Below the pieces are notes generated by a model. The model did not search any database and was not told the DNA's origin. It saw only the letters and a list, made by a program, of their open reading frames with translations. The position numbers and the translations under genes were made by a program. Source: Rhabdochlamydiaceae bacterium (GTDB taxonomy: Bacteria; Chlamydiota; Chlamydiia; Chlamydiales; Rhabdochlamydiaceae). From it: a stretch of 64,000 bases of DNA. This document shows positions 46,406 through 57,939 of this stretch, in pieces; within the stretch, counting starts at the first letter, position 1; every line of letters begins with the position of its first letter. The stretch spans positions 1-64,000 of the forward strand of contig JAJREF010000003.1 of NCBI GenBank assembly GCA_047459655.1, read 5' to 3'.

Positions 46406-47309
46406 GGGGAGGCTCAGGGGTTCTTAGAGGAAGTGGGTCTAGCAGTTGTTTAAATCCCCCATTTTTTTGGAGTATAGGGTAAAACTTCCATAATATCCAC
46501 CCTGCAGCTCCAATAAAAACAATATTTGCTAAAACTAAGCTAAAAAATAAAAAACGAAAGCGGGCTGCCGATTGTTTACTCATGACAATCGACCAAATAT
46601 TTACGAATTCCTTAGGGGATCCTGGAGCACTTTCTAAGGTTTGGCTAAGGGTAACATCTGCGAATCTAGCTCTGTCGGAAATTACAGTTACGTCATTGAT
46701 GTCGAGACCATTGACACTGCCTGCTACGAGTCTTTTGATTTTAGATGTTAAAAAAGCATTAGGATCATCTCCAATGCCTTGATGTTTCACGTAAACAGCA
46801 GCTGTTACTTTTTGGGGCGCATGTGTTCCTGGCATGGCGCTCCCGGAATTGTCTGCTGGGGGAAAAGAGAGTTGAACATCGGCATCGATCACACCATCTA
46901 TTTTCCGAATCGTTCCTGCTAGCTGCTCTTCGAGACCCGCTTGATAACGGATTTGTTCTTCCTTATCCGATGACATCAGTCCTTGCTTGGCAAATAAGGC
47001 TAGGAGGTTGGTTCCCTGTTTTCTGGGGAGCCCATTTTGATTCAGAATTGACATTGCTTCCATCATACTGCCCTCTTCGACTGCAATATTCCACAGGTTG
47101 ACCGAGTCCTCTCCTCCAACCCCGCCTCCACTTTTTGATAAAATCTTGTCTGATTTAATACCCCGACTTCCTAGAAAAACAAGGATTTCATTCGCTTCTC
47201 TTTCGGGTATGTTGTTGACAATCACTCGGTTTGTTTCGCAGCCTGTCAGCAAAAGCATACAAACCCCTAATATCGCAATGCAAGATCTATACATACCTCT
47301 ATTATTCAC
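46386..47309 (-). CDS. sctJ: T3SS inner-membrane ring lipoprotein SctJ
   Basis: Lipobox LTGC, EREANEI, GLPR, IRKIDGVIDADV, C-terminal TM. Confidence 0.96.
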   Translation of the reverse strand: MNNRGMYRSCIAILGVCMLLLTGCETNRVIVNNIPEREANEILVFLGSRGIKSDKILSKSGGGVGGEDSVNLWNIAVEEGSMMEAMSILNQNGLPRKQGTNLLALFAKQGLMSSDKEEQIRYQAGLEEQLAGTIRKIDGVIDADVQLSFPPADNSGSAMPGTHAPQKVTAAVYVKHQGIGDDPNAFLTSKIKRLVAGSVNGLDINDVTVISDRARFADVTLSQTLESAPGSPKEFVNIWSIVMSKQSAARFRFLFFSLVLANIVFIGAAGWILWKFYPILQKNGGFKQLLDPLPLRTPEPPHDNEAQ

Positions 47310-47475
47310 TTTGGAACTGTTGTAACAGGTTTAACACTAATCCGATATTTTTTTAAGATCTTTTCTTTATATGAGCCATTCCCAAAGCGCTTTTTCGCAA
47401 TCTTTCGAGCTTTTTGAAGAATTTATCACAATTGTGGTAAATTCCCTCAAAAAGGCTCAACATCTCCTCGAAAAA

Positions 47476-48462
47476 TCACTTCAGGAACGGCTCTTGAACA
47501 GGTCCAAAGATCCAGGCAGGACCATTTCCAAAATGGTTGTTGAGATAATCGTGAAACCCTTGGAGAGCAGCTTGGTATTGCCTAATTTTCAATTGTTTTT
47601 TTTGCAGATCTTTTTGTGATCGCATAAGTTTTAACAGGCGGAGTTCTAAACTTTTAATCATGCGTAATTTATATATATGGAATAATTCGGGAAGAAGAAC
47701 TCGCAAAGAGATAGAAAATTTTTCTTTTGAAGAGCAGTTACGCTTAATCCACAAAAATCTGCTGCGCCACCAAAAATACGTTTTATGGATGCTTCCTCCA
47801 ATGAATGAAGCAGAGACTTTATGTAGTAATTTGGCTGTGTAGCACACTTGAATGCCAAACCCTGCTTTTTTAGCGCGCATGCAAAAATCAGCTTCTTCCC
47901 AAAATAAAAAGTAGGCAGGCTCTAAACATCCGATTTTATAAAAAACTTCTTTGCGAATCAAGATGCAGCATCCGCAGACGTAATCAAGGGGTTCTTTGCA
48001 GGCAAAAGAGCTATCTTTTCCCTTTCCAATCAACTCAAACTGCGCCTTTTTGCTATTCCATTTTCCGCCGAGATGATCTAATTTTTCTGGGTTTGAAAAT
48101 AGGAAGGGCATGCCTCCAAAAATCCCTACGTTAGGATTTTGTTCAGCCATTTCAATAAAATTTTTCAGCATCTCCTGATCAACCACCGTATCATTATTCA
48201 GGAGGAGCACAAATGCATGATTTTTTTTTAAAGCATAAGAAATGCCGACATTATTGCCTCCCGCATATCCTAAATTTTTAGATGTTTCCAAAACCACAAC
48301 ATCTGGAAATTTTTTTTGAATACAAGCGACAGAATCATCCGTTGATCCATTGTCAACCACAATGGGTTCAAAATTTCTATACGAGCTCTCCTGCAAAGAA
48401 GCAAGACAGTTCACCGTATCCTCTTTTCCATTCCAATTTAAGATGACAACACCAATTGACAT
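47476..48462 (-). CDS. Glycosyltransferase family 2
   Basis: VILNWN, VVDNGSTD, NLGYAGGNN, LLNND, FWEEAD. Confidence 0.93.
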   Translation of the reverse strand: MSIGVVILNWNGKEDTVNCLASLQESSYRNFEPIVVDNGSTDDSVACIQKKFPDVVVLETSKNLGYAGGNNVGISYALKKNHAFVLLLNNDTVVDQEMLKNFIEMAEQNPNVGIFGGMPFLFSNPEKLDHLGGKWNSKKAQFELIGKGKDSSFACKEPLDYVCGCCILIRKEVFYKIGCLEPAYFLFWEEADFCMRAKKAGFGIQVCYTAKLLHKVSASFIGGSIHKTYFWWRSRFLWIKRNCSSKEKFSISLRVLLPELFHIYKLRMIKSLELRLLKLMRSQKDLQKKQLKIRQYQAALQGFHDYLNNHFGNGPAWIFGPVQEPFLK

Positions 48463-48668
48463 GCACCGAGCATAAAGATCTTAGCCGATAATTACAAAGC
48501 GATTTTTTTTATGAGTATTTCTCTATATGTTCCCCGGAGCAAGAAATGCTCTGATGTGAAAAAGATAGGTGTAAATCACCATTTGCTGCAATAATGAAGA
48601 AAACAACCCGGTTATTTTCTGCAAAATTGCCTGAAAATAGGGGGTTATAGAGCGTGAGGCCGGGTAGT

Positions 48669-49997
48669 ATGAAAAGAGATATCGAGCAGGAACTTCTAGC
48701 CTGGAAAAATCGTCCCGAGCGTAAACCTTTATTGATTCGAGGCGCCAGGCAGATAGGTAAAACTTACAGCGTTGATCAGTTTGGAAAAAAATACTTCGAC
48801 TCAATTTTGACAGTCAATTTTGAGGAAATGAAAGATGTTAAAAAAACCTTTGAAGGAGATCTAACCATTTCTTTGATCCTTCGCGATCTTTCTGTTCGTT
48901 TCAAACAACCTATTATCCCTGGGCAAACGCTCTTGTTTTTTGATGAGATTCAGGCTTGTCCAGAAGCCCTTCTTAGCCTACGATTTTTTAAAGAGCAGCT
49001 TCCAGAACTTCATGTGATTGGAGCGGGATCTCTTTTAGAATTTATTATGGGTGATGATCGGTTTTCTTTTCCTGTCGGACGTATTGAATACTTATACATG
49101 CGTCCCTTGTCTTTTCGAGAATTTTTGATTGCTAAAGGAGAGCTGGAAGCTCTGGCCTGGATAAAGGAGGCGACTGTCCATCGTCCTGTAGGTATAACGA
49201 CCCACCATCATCTTCTGAAAATTGCAAAAGAATATTTTATGGTAGGGGGTATGCCCGAATGTGTTAGTTCATTTATCCAAACTAGCCAATTTCTATCACT
49301 AGATATGCTCCATAAGCAAATCATCAGCACTTATGAAAATGATTTGGGAAAATATCCTAGAAGTTCTCAACAGAAATTTTTAAAGCTTCTATTCGAAGCG
49401 GCCCCAAGGTTAGTCGGAGAGAACTTTAAATATGCTAAGATTCACCCTTATGCACAATCACGCGATTACATAGAAGCACTTGATGTTTTAACTAGGACAG
49501 GTATCTTACATCGGGTTTTTGCTAACTCAGCTTCGGGAATCCCCTTGGCTATGCAGAAAATTGACAAAAAATTTAAGCTGCTCTTTCTCGACATTGGACT
49601 TTTACCTCAAGCTGAAGATCCTGTGCTTTTAGATGCTGAAGATATTGCACAAGTTCATAAAGGCATGCTTGCAGAACAGTTTGTAGGACAAGAGCTGATT
49701 GCTTATTCCCCAGCTTACAAAAATCCTGCTCTATATTATTGGGAGCGAGATAAACAAGGATCTGCTGCTGAAGTTGACTATCTTATAGAAGTTGGACCCG
49801 AGGTTGTTCCCATTGAAGTCAAAGCCGGAGCAAGAGGGAGACTTCGCTCCATTAAACAGTTTCTAACAGAAAAAAAATTTTCTTTAGGGATTCAAATATC
49901 TCAAGCGCCTTTATCTTTAGATAGCAATATATTATCGATTCCTCTCTATATGATCTCAGAATTAGGAAGGCTGGTTAGGGACTGTACTTCTGAATGA
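48669..49997 (+). CDS. AAA+ ATPase with DUF4143-like C-terminal domain
   Basis: GARQIGKT, FFDEIQ, VGGMPE, EVDY..PIEVK. Confidence 0.9.
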   Translation: MKRDIEQELLAWKNRPERKPLLIRGARQIGKTYSVDQFGKKYFDSILTVNFEEMKDVKKTFEGDLTISLILRDLSVRFKQPIIPGQTLLFFDEIQACPEALLSLRFFKEQLPELHVIGAGSLLEFIMGDDRFSFPVGRIEYLYMRPLSFREFLIAKGELEALAWIKEATVHRPVGITTHHHLLKIAKEYFMVGGMPECVSSFIQTSQFLSLDMLHKQIISTYENDLGKYPRSSQQKFLKLLFEAAPRLVGENFKYAKIHPYAQSRDYIEALDVLTRTGILHRVFANSASGIPLAMQKIDKKFKLLFLDIGLLPQAEDPVLLDAEDIAQVHKGMLAEQFVGQELIAYSPAYKNPALYYWERDKQGSAAEVDYLIEVGPEVVPIEVKAGARGRLRSIKQFLTEKKFSLGIQISQAPLSLDSNILSIPLYMISELGRLVRDCTSE

Positions 49998-50005
49998 AGC
50001 TTTAT

Positions 50006-51580
50006 TCATTCAGAAGTGCCGATGTCAAACACAAGGCACTTGTTTTCATAATCGATAAAGATACGGTGTTGTGTCAAAAAATCCATGCCAAGGTATCCGT
50101 CGTAAGAGAAGCCAGGAGCTAGATCAATAGAGATAATTGAGCGGGATCCGAAATCGTGATTATTCAAATAGAAATGTGATGTTAGGGGTGGCTGAGGACT
50201 TCGGGCGCATGTGTGACTAGCTCCTGTATCAAGAATAAGCTTTTTTCTCCAGCGTCTGTTTTTACTGAGAGGAGTATACCATCCGGATGAAGAATAAAGG
50301 GGACTTTCAGAATATGCTTAGAGAGTAGGCCAGCTTTTTGTAGGCGATGATAGTCATTCGCTGCGTAAATGGCAGAATGGGGAAAATCTAGAAAAAGATT
50401 GTATTTTTCTAAAATAGGTCTACCCATGACACCAATGCCATGATAAGGCAAGATTTGTGAATTAACATTAGCATAGAATTCTTGGCTGTTTTGATTAACG
50501 ATCACATCAGAGAATGTTAAATTGGAAACCTTGATTAAGGGAATTGTGTAAGCTGGAGAGGTGTATGTATTACCTTTGTAGTCACCCCATGAGGCAGTTC
50601 CGTAGTGGGTTTTATGTATACCGTCCAAAACGGTGGGGCTAAAACAAAATGGGAAACGGTATCCTAGATCAACACCTATGGAATAATTTTTTCTTCGATA
50701 GAAATATCTATCAATGGCATGCTGGATTTGGCAAATGTAATGGGTAGGTATTCAAAATAAGGCTGAGAGGGTTCAATATAGGCAATTTTATTAGTATAAT
50801 CGAGGTAGATGGCATTTTTTCTGAGAAAATCCATGCCGATAAACCCATCTACTTCATTTAAGCATTCAGGTAGATGTAGAGGTTCTAGGGGAATATTTGT
50901 AAATTTTCGGTTGCCTATATCAAAAATAGAAGACACAAAAGTCTGATTTGGCACAAACAGAGACTCTTTCATAACACTTACATTCAAGCTTGTGCTAAGT
51001 GAGAATCTACGCAGTCCTAGATCGGTATTAACTTCTAAAATAACACCTACTCGACTTGTTGTAAAAGGAACTTGTATCCACTGGTCATTGACAAATCCTT
51101 TAGATTTTAACTTAGTAAAAGAATGGCAAGCGATGATACGGGAGTGGGGAAAGTCTAGAAAGAGATTAAATTCACCACCTAGATATTTTCCTAATGTATC
51201 ACCATCTTTTTCGTCCGATGGGCTTTCGGTAGCAATAAGATTGGTAAGAATTAAATCGCCAATTGTTATTTTTGGAATGAGATAAGAGGGTGCTTTATAA
51301 TGAATATCTTTTAGATCCTGCCACTCTGTGGTGCCATGAGGTATTTTCTTCATCCCATCGAGCGCTTCTTTGCTTAAAAATAGGGGGAATCTAGTGCCAA
51401 TTCTCAATGCTAATGTGTAAGGACAACCTTCGATTTGTGCTTTGATTGTAGGGAAGACTTGTTTCTCATATATAACGGGAATACAAACATAGTAATAAGT
51501 TGAGAGAGAGTGCCACAGCAAGCCTCCAGCTCCAATAATCAGAATAGCTAAAAAATAAATAATAATTTGAATTGCTTCAA
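50006..51580 (-). CDS. Protein with four tandem retropepsin-like domains, frameshifted
   Basis: Repeated G-M/R-D/P-F/I-L..LD-F/Y motifs (GFIGMDFL, GVMGRPIL, GYLGMDFL); ILDTGAS near 50225; N-terminal TM. Confidence 0.7.
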
Positions 51581-52731
51581 AATTTTAATGTTCCACTTAC
51601 TTCTATTTTGCTTTCTACTTTTATTTCACCATTGCGATCTTGGCTGACTTCTCCTTGCGCACTTCCTGTAACATTCAAGCCTGATTGATTATTTGTAGAT
51701 AATTCTACGCTCACGGAGGCTTGTTGATTGCCCTGGTTGTCTTTGCTTGCCTCAAGTCCTACACTTAATTCACCTCCTCTGGATAAGACATAGGTGGAAA
51801 TATCTGCTTGCCAATCTGTGTGGAGGAGGTGCTCTGAGAAAGTTTTATTTAACCATTCACAGGCCAATAATCTAACATGGCTATTATCGAGATGATGCCC
51901 ATACGCTTCTAAACGAAGATAAGTAAAATTATCTGACTCTTTGAGGGCGTCAGCGACAAGATCTGCGCTGCAAACGGGGATTTCAACGTCTTCAACTCCA
52001 TGGACAAAATATATAGGCATATGCAACTTGCGCATTTTGGACAAAATGGGTTCTATATTGAGTAGGGATGCCCACCATTTATGGCTATTGCCCAAAAATA
52101 ATTCATTGGGATTTTGGTCAACCACCATAACATCCATACGTTCGTTTAGCAGAGTCATGTATTGAGCAACCTCATCTTCTGTTGCCCCGTGTTTTTCCAA
52201 ACGATGCTTAAGCTGCCATTTTACTTCTTCTCTAGGAGATATGCCGCCACCGGTAGAGAATAATAAAAGACCTGCTGTTTCAGGCAATTGATTTGCCAAG
52301 TTAATAGCTATCATTCCTCCTTCTGATTCTCCCCAAAAAATAATTTTTCCATTCCACTCAGGATACATGTTAGACAAATGTTTTAGACATAAGATATAAT
52401 CTTCTTGACGCTGTTCGATGCAGTTAGTGTAATGGTACTCAGATAAGTTAATGTCATTTTTAGAAATGCCCTGTTTTTCAATAACAACCAAACCTAATCC
52501 AAGAGATTGGATTTGACGAGATAGATGGGTATACCATGGAAAAGCGCTTTCACAGGATGAGCCTTGTATAGCAACAATAATCGGAGTAGAAGGGTTGTTT
52601 GGCGGGGAGAAATAAACCTCTACAAGGGATTTATTTTCACGGGGCAGGCAAAATTGGTGGGTTACACCAGCATCTACACTTTCAAACATAGAAAATAAAA
52701 TGCAAAAAATCAGAAAGGCTGACTTGCCCAT
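51577..52731 (-). CDS. Secreted alpha/beta hydrolase with beta-rich C-terminal extension
   Basis: Signal peptide, IQGS, WGESEGG nucleophile elbow, HGVED, YGH. Confidence 0.85.
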   Translation of the reverse strand: MGKSAFLIFCILFSMFESVDAGVTHQFCLPRENKSLVEVYFSPPNNPSTPIIVAIQGSSCESAFPWYTHLSRQIQSLGLGLVVIEKQGISKNDINLSEYHYTNCIEQRQEDYILCLKHLSNMYPEWNGKIIFWGESEGGMIAINLANQLPETAGLLLFSTGGGISPREEVKWQLKHRLEKHGATEDEVAQYMTLLNERMDVMVVDQNPNELFLGNSHKWWASLLNIEPILSKMRKLHMPIYFVHGVEDVEIPVCSADLVADALKESDNFTYLRLEAYGHHLDNSHVRLLACEWLNKTFSEHLLHTDWQADISTYVLSRGGELSVGLEASKDNQGNQQASVSVELSTNNQSGLNVTGSAQGEVSQDRNGEIKVESKIEVSGTLKF

Positions 52732-53083
52732 ATTTACCTCTTAAGGTTTTTCAAGAAAATTTAATTATCCAGAAAGACGATTAAATGTAGAATTGTTTTT
52801 TTACAAAAAGATTAATCACTCAGGAGAAACCCTTAAACAAGGAGTAGCAAAAAAACTGGTCAGTAAAACGGTCTAAAATAGCTGCAAGGGGTGGCATTGC
52901 TCCACACCAGATTCTTAGAGGCTTGATGAAGGTGGGAAAAAATGGTCTAAAAATCAGCCAAAAAGCAAATTAAAAGAGCTCGAAGATTTTACGCAAAAAT
53001 CTCAAAATATTTGATTTATCGTTGCAAAATTATGAAGATTTGAAAGATAACAAGAGGCTTTTACCCTTTATTAAGGAGGAATC

Positions 53084-54163
53084 ATGTATCCATTAGCAGC
53101 TTACCCAGTATTAGATGCTCTTCCAGAAAGACGTAGTCTAAGGGTTAGCGAAAAAGATGCTCAAAAAGCAGTTACAAGGTTTTTTAGGGAAGCAGATGAG
53201 AAAGAGTTTAGATGGCCAAAGACAGCAGATGTTCCTTTGGCTGCTAGGCATCGAATCTCTCAAGAGCTTGATGCTTCTGCGTTGCGCGTATATAAAGAAT
53301 ATGTTGATAAAATTCAGGGTAAAGAAGAGCATAAAAAAAACTGTAAAGCTCTTGCGGAGGCAAGTAAGAATTGTGGTGGCTTTTCTTCAAGCAACACAAT
53401 TCTAAGAGATGCAACCCCTCTTGAACAAATGGTGGCTCTAGATCATTGGATTCAACAGAAAGGGTCAGGATGGCAGAAGGGGAGACGCACTCTATGTTTG
53501 GGGGCTAAAGATGACTACGTGCCTGTTTATATTGCAAAAAGAGCAGGGGTTCATCCTACGTCGATGTCTGTCATGTTAGGTTGTGCAGTAGGAGGTCATA
53601 AAGCTCCTAAATATTCACAGCTTGCGGAGGATGAGGATTTAGCAAAAACTTCTGTTTTCAAGGATCCTCTGGATGCTCTTGAAATTGTGCGTCAGCCTTA
53701 TTTTGCTGCTGCAACTCTACTCAAGGCAGGGGCTTTTGCATGTGAAGAAATCAATGCTCGACGTCGATATGAAATTACTGATCAAAATAACGAAAACCGT
53801 CGGAGTCAATTTGCCTGTGTAGAACTTATTAAACAAAATGATCCACAAAATGCTCCCACAAAAGAACATAGTGCTGGGACAAATCTCTACAGCCTTGTGC
53901 ATAAGGCAAGTGAAGAATGTCAAATCAATAAGAATGTCTTATTTGAGGAATTCGCTCCTGAGGGATATAATGACGATGCAGAGGTTGGAGTTACGCCTGT
54001 GATGCTTTGGGATGCTACTAAAGAAAGTCTTTTAAAAAATGATAGAGCAGAACTTGATTCTCTCATGGAGAGACTGTTTATTGCGCATGTAGGTAAGATA
54101 ACTTCCCCTTCGGTAGCCGATTTTTATGCGCAGCGCATTTTCCCTCGTAAAGCAGATACATAA
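53084..54163 (+). CDS. Hypothetical protein
   Basis: 359-aa ORF with RBS aaggagga; no motif recognised. Confidence 0.75.
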   Translation: MYPLAAYPVLDALPERRSLRVSEKDAQKAVTRFFREADEKEFRWPKTADVPLAARHRISQELDASALRVYKEYVDKIQGKEEHKKNCKALAEASKNCGGFSSSNTILRDATPLEQMVALDHWIQQKGSGWQKGRRTLCLGAKDDYVPVYIAKRAGVHPTSMSVMLGCAVGGHKAPKYSQLAEDEDLAKTSVFKDPLDALEIVRQPYFAAATLLKAGAFACEEINARRRYEITDQNNENRRSQFACVELIKQNDPQNAPTKEHSAGTNLYSLVHKASEECQINKNVLFEEFAPEGYNDDAEVGVTPVMLWDATKESLLKNDRAELDSLMERLFIAHVGKITSPSVADFYAQRIFPRKADT

Positions 54164-54181
54164 GAATAAAAGGTCATAAAT

Positions 54182-54580
54182 ATGCACATAAAATCGATGG
54201 AACTCGTATGGATCGTTGTTAACGACTTGAAGAAGGCCATTAACTTTTACACGGAGACGGTAGGGCTGAAATTAATGGAAGAAAATGAGGGGTATGGATG
54301 GGCGGAATTGCAAGGGCATGAAGGGGGTGCAAGGCTAGGCATTGCACAAACAAATGCGGAAGAAGTGGTTCAGCCTGGATCAAATGCCGTTGTAACTTTA
54401 ACGGTTGAAAATATTGAAAAAGCATTGGAAGGCCTTAACAAGAAAGGGGCAAAATTAAGGGGTGATTTGAAGGAGATTCCTGGGCATGTTAAGATGCAGT
54501 CTGTAGAAGATAGGGATGGGAATCATTTTCAGCTTGTACAAATACTTAAGGAACCTCTGGGAAATTCCTGTTTGAACTGA
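54182..54580 (+). CDS. VOC/glyoxalase family protein; C-terminus altered by IS
   Basis: VNDLKKAINFYTETVGL, VENIE, DRDGNHFQL. Confidence 0.9.
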   Translation: MHIKSMELVWIVVNDLKKAINFYTETVGLKLMEENEGYGWAELQGHEGGARLGIAQTNAEEVVQPGSNAVVTLTVENIEKALEGLNKKGAKLRGDLKEIPGHVKMQSVEDRDGNHFQLVQILKEPLGNSCLN

Positions 54581-55135
54581 TTTTCAAATTTGGTATTGTT
54601 TCCTCAACAAATATTTGAGGGACCTATGAGCCAACTAAGCTTTGCATCTTTGAGATTGGGAACAAAACAACTTAAATCAGAACGATTCCTCGATGAAATG
54701 GAACGTATTATTCCTTGGGATCTCCTCCTTGAAAAGATACGTCCCCACTAGAAGGCGCAGGCCGAAAACCCTACGATCTTAAACTCATGCTAAAAATCCA
54801 CTGCTTACAGCAGTGGTATCAACTGAGCGACCCTGGGATGGAAGAAGCCATTTACGATAGAGTCTCATTCCAGAGATTTTTGCGCCTTGATAGCTTCATG
54901 GAAAGGGTGCCTGATGAAACAACCATTTTGAGTTTCCGGCATCTTTTGGAGGAGCATCACCTTGGGAGAAATCTTCGAAGCAGTCAATCAAAAACTTATA
55001 GAAAAAGGCTTGTTGCTGAAAGAAGGAACAATAAAGGAAAAGAAGATGTAAATGGTGTTATAAAAAATTAGAAAACTAAAAAATCAGTTCTGAAAATGGT
55101 CAACAACAGAAGATTGACACTTGTCCAGAGCTTCC
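54550..55135 (+). mobile_element. Internally deleted copy of the GGAACCTCTG IS5 element
   Basis: Near-identical to 6644-7129 joined to 7724-7825; TTAA TSD. Confidence 0.93.
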
Positions 55136-55423
55136 TTAATGAAGTTGATGTTTGAGGGCATTCCTCGAATGCTTCTTTGGAGGAGCGCATATAGAGGGGC
55201 TTCTTATATTTTTTCTTAAGATAGGGGGGGCAGCTGAGTGTTCCTCCTAATTTAGGACCATCTTACCCTGCAGAGCATCAATTAAGTCTTTTAAAATGAA
55301 TGACTTATCTATATCTTTTCAAAGCCGGCTAATCCAGCCTTGTTTTATGATTGAAAATTAAGATTTGTATATGTTATAATCTACTCTGCCTAAATGAGAG
55401 TTTAAATATAAAAATTAGGTTTT

Positions 55424-56707
55424 ATGCCATTTCCAATTATTTCTCCAATTATTTTTGATTATGCCCCGAATTCGCCACATAGGCGTCCTTTTTCTCATGT
55501 GATTACGGAAGCTCTCGGTTCTTATTTTTCTCCTTTTAAGGGAAATGAAGTTGTTGTGGTCAACTGTGGAACAGCTCGTGAACCCATCTCCTGGTATAAG
55601 GATTCAGTGAAAAACCCTCCTCGTTGGTATTCGACAGCATTGAAAGTCGTTTCTTATATCACTGTTGTATTGCCAATCTTAGCCTTATTTCTAAATCTGT
55701 CTCTTAGATTTTACTTAAATCTTGGAAATATACCTTTTAAGTATCCTCAAGGAAGGGGCTCTTGATCCTCAACAAGAAGGGGCGCTTCATCCTCAACAAG
55801 AAGGGGCTCTTGATCCTCAACAAGAAGGGGCTCTTGATCCTCAAACTCTTGATCCTCAAGAAGGGGCTCTTTTGACGCGTTTTCCGCCAGAAATAAAAGG
55901 GCTCTTGATCCTCAAGAAGGGACTCTTTTGACGCGTTTTCCGCCAGAAATAATCAATGCCATTTTGTCATTTATGTCTGTATCAGATCGATCTAGCTTTG
56001 CTGAAACTTGCAGAAAGGCGCGTAATATGGTTCAGAATTTTCGTTTATCATACGTGCCAATCGATCCTAATGATCCAAGAGCCAAAATGGAGCCTCATAG
56101 AATTGCTCTTCTTATTACTGCCCGTCCAGGATTTCGTATAGAAGAGCAGTATATTTGGGTTTGTAGAAACGGCTTTGAAAGGAGATTTCCGTTTTTTACT
56201 TATGATGTAAGGGAGGGTGTATCTGACCCAGATCGTTTGTTTTTTCACGAACTAGCAGCTCGTAAAATGATCTTGCCTTCAGAGGAAACCGTAAGAGGAG
56301 ACACTGATGCAGAACGATTTGTAGACCGTCCATTTAGGCGGTTAAATGTAATGATTGATCCAAGAGTATGGTTTGGATATGGAGAGTTAAATGGTCAGAT
56401 ACCACCGCTGATGGCTAAAGCTATTTTTGACAGGATTGTAGAAATCTCAAATAAATATCCCTTGCTGCCCGTTCAGGTTAGTCTAACGGGTAGAGCCGAA
56501 AGGGAGCTTCCTCGGAACTTTACTTTACCTCTTGTTGAGTCTCTTGCAGGCAAGTGTTTTTTTGTCGATACAAATAATACAGTAGATGCAAACTTATTGC
56601 CTGAAGCTCTAAAATCGTATTTAGGTTCCATATTTCATCCATACGGCCTTTCCGAGGATTATTTGAATGATATTCTAAGGCGGCAATTCGATAATGCGAA
56701 TGTCTAA
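55424..56707 (+). CDS. DUF648-like plus F-box effector candidate, broken within a tandem repeat
   Basis: TALKVVSYITVVLPILAL hydrophobic motif; GALDPQQE repeats; TRFPPEIINAILSFM..AETCRK. Confidence 0.7.
55743..55952 (+). repeat. 24-nt coding tandem repeat plus 56-nt duplication
   Basis: atcctcaacaagaaggggctcttg units with variants; ctcttttgacgcgttttccgccagaaataa twice. Confidence 0.9.
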
Positions 56708-56724
56708 TGAGGTAATTACAAAGC

Positions 56725-57869
56725 TCAGGGTTCGTTGAATTCCGATAATTTTGATGAAGTTTGAATTTGGGAATTTGTTCCTTTCCGAGCTATAAGCGCA
56801 AGCTCAAACACTTCAGCAGGGGAAATTTGTCGCATGCAGAAGGGCTCCCTGCATTTTTTCTTGAGGCATGGAGTGCAGGTGTGGTGTTTTTTAATGACCG
56901 TGCACTTATCTACAAAATAGGGTCCAAATGATTTGGGATCACTTGGGCAAAAAAGAGCAATGGTAGGCGTTTTAACGGCAAATGCAAGATGCATGGGGCC
57001 TGTATCACCGACGATAAAGAAAGAAAATTGCTGGATAAGAGCACCTAGGGTGTGAATAGAGAGATCAGGAAAAGATAGAGCGGAAGGTACTGCTTGCGTA
57101 ATTTGTTGGATGAGTTTTTTTTCTGAAGCGCCTCCTGTTAGAACAATAAGACACCGAGGTGATCTTGTAATCGTTTAGCAAGCGCGATGAAATGTTCGGG
57201 GGGCCATTGTCTGAATTTATCTTTGGCTCCGGGGTGCATCCCTACAATCGGGATATGGGAAGGTATGTTTTCTAGTAGTTTGCAGGCATTGGCTTTGTCG
57301 TTGCTGTCTAAAAAAATTTCCATTTGAAAGTCATAGGTTTTAGCACCTACGAGTGAGACTAGATCAAGTCTTCGTTGAATCTCATGAACAGGTTTTTTGG
57401 GGAGGCTTTTTGTTAAAATAAAATCAAGCCCTTTGTGCATATTCTCAGATCCGATGATTTGACTGCTTCCTACAAATGCGCAGGCTGGGAGGATGATTCT
57501 TTGAGAGGTGTGGAAAAGAAGGGTGGTTCCTATTTGCTTTTTTCGTAAAAAGGGAATGAAACAAAGCATAGAAAAGAAAATCGGTTTTTTTAATACAAAC
57601 ACTTCGTTGATGTGGGGGTTATTTCTAAAGATGTCTTTTCCTAGAGGAGTAGTTAAAACTCCGATGAAAGCTTGGGGATAGGTGTACCGAAGAGCTCTAA
57701 TCGCAGGTGTTGCCCATAGAGTATCTCCAAGGCCTGTTGTTGAGACGATTAAAAATCGCCCGTTGTTTTCCGGATATTTGGGGAAGAGGCTGCTCAATGT
57801 AGCAAAGCCTTTTAATAATAAATTTTTAAAATAGGAAATCTTAAGCAGACTAAAAAACCGTGATTGCAT
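56725..57869 (-). CDS. Glycosyltransferase family 9 (heptosyltransferase-like), frameshift near 57150
   Basis: GLGDTLWATPA, NNPHINEV, HPGA..RQWP, GDTGPMHLA, CMRQISP. Confidence 0.9.
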
Positions 57870-57939
57870 ATAAAGATTTTATACTCAAATAGGAAGCAGT
57901 ATACCTAGCACTATTTGAAAAGTATAGAAAATAAGGTGT

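Noticed and set aside
48669..49997. Novel defence system around the AAA+ ATPase
   Set aside because: Common stand-alone family with no partner genes adjacent
52860..52960. Short direct repeat aaaa(c/t)ggtctaaaa
   Set aside because: Only two imperfect copies in AT-rich DNA
55743..55952. Possible CRISPR array
   Set aside because: Head-to-tail repeats without unique spacers, coding, and no cas genes
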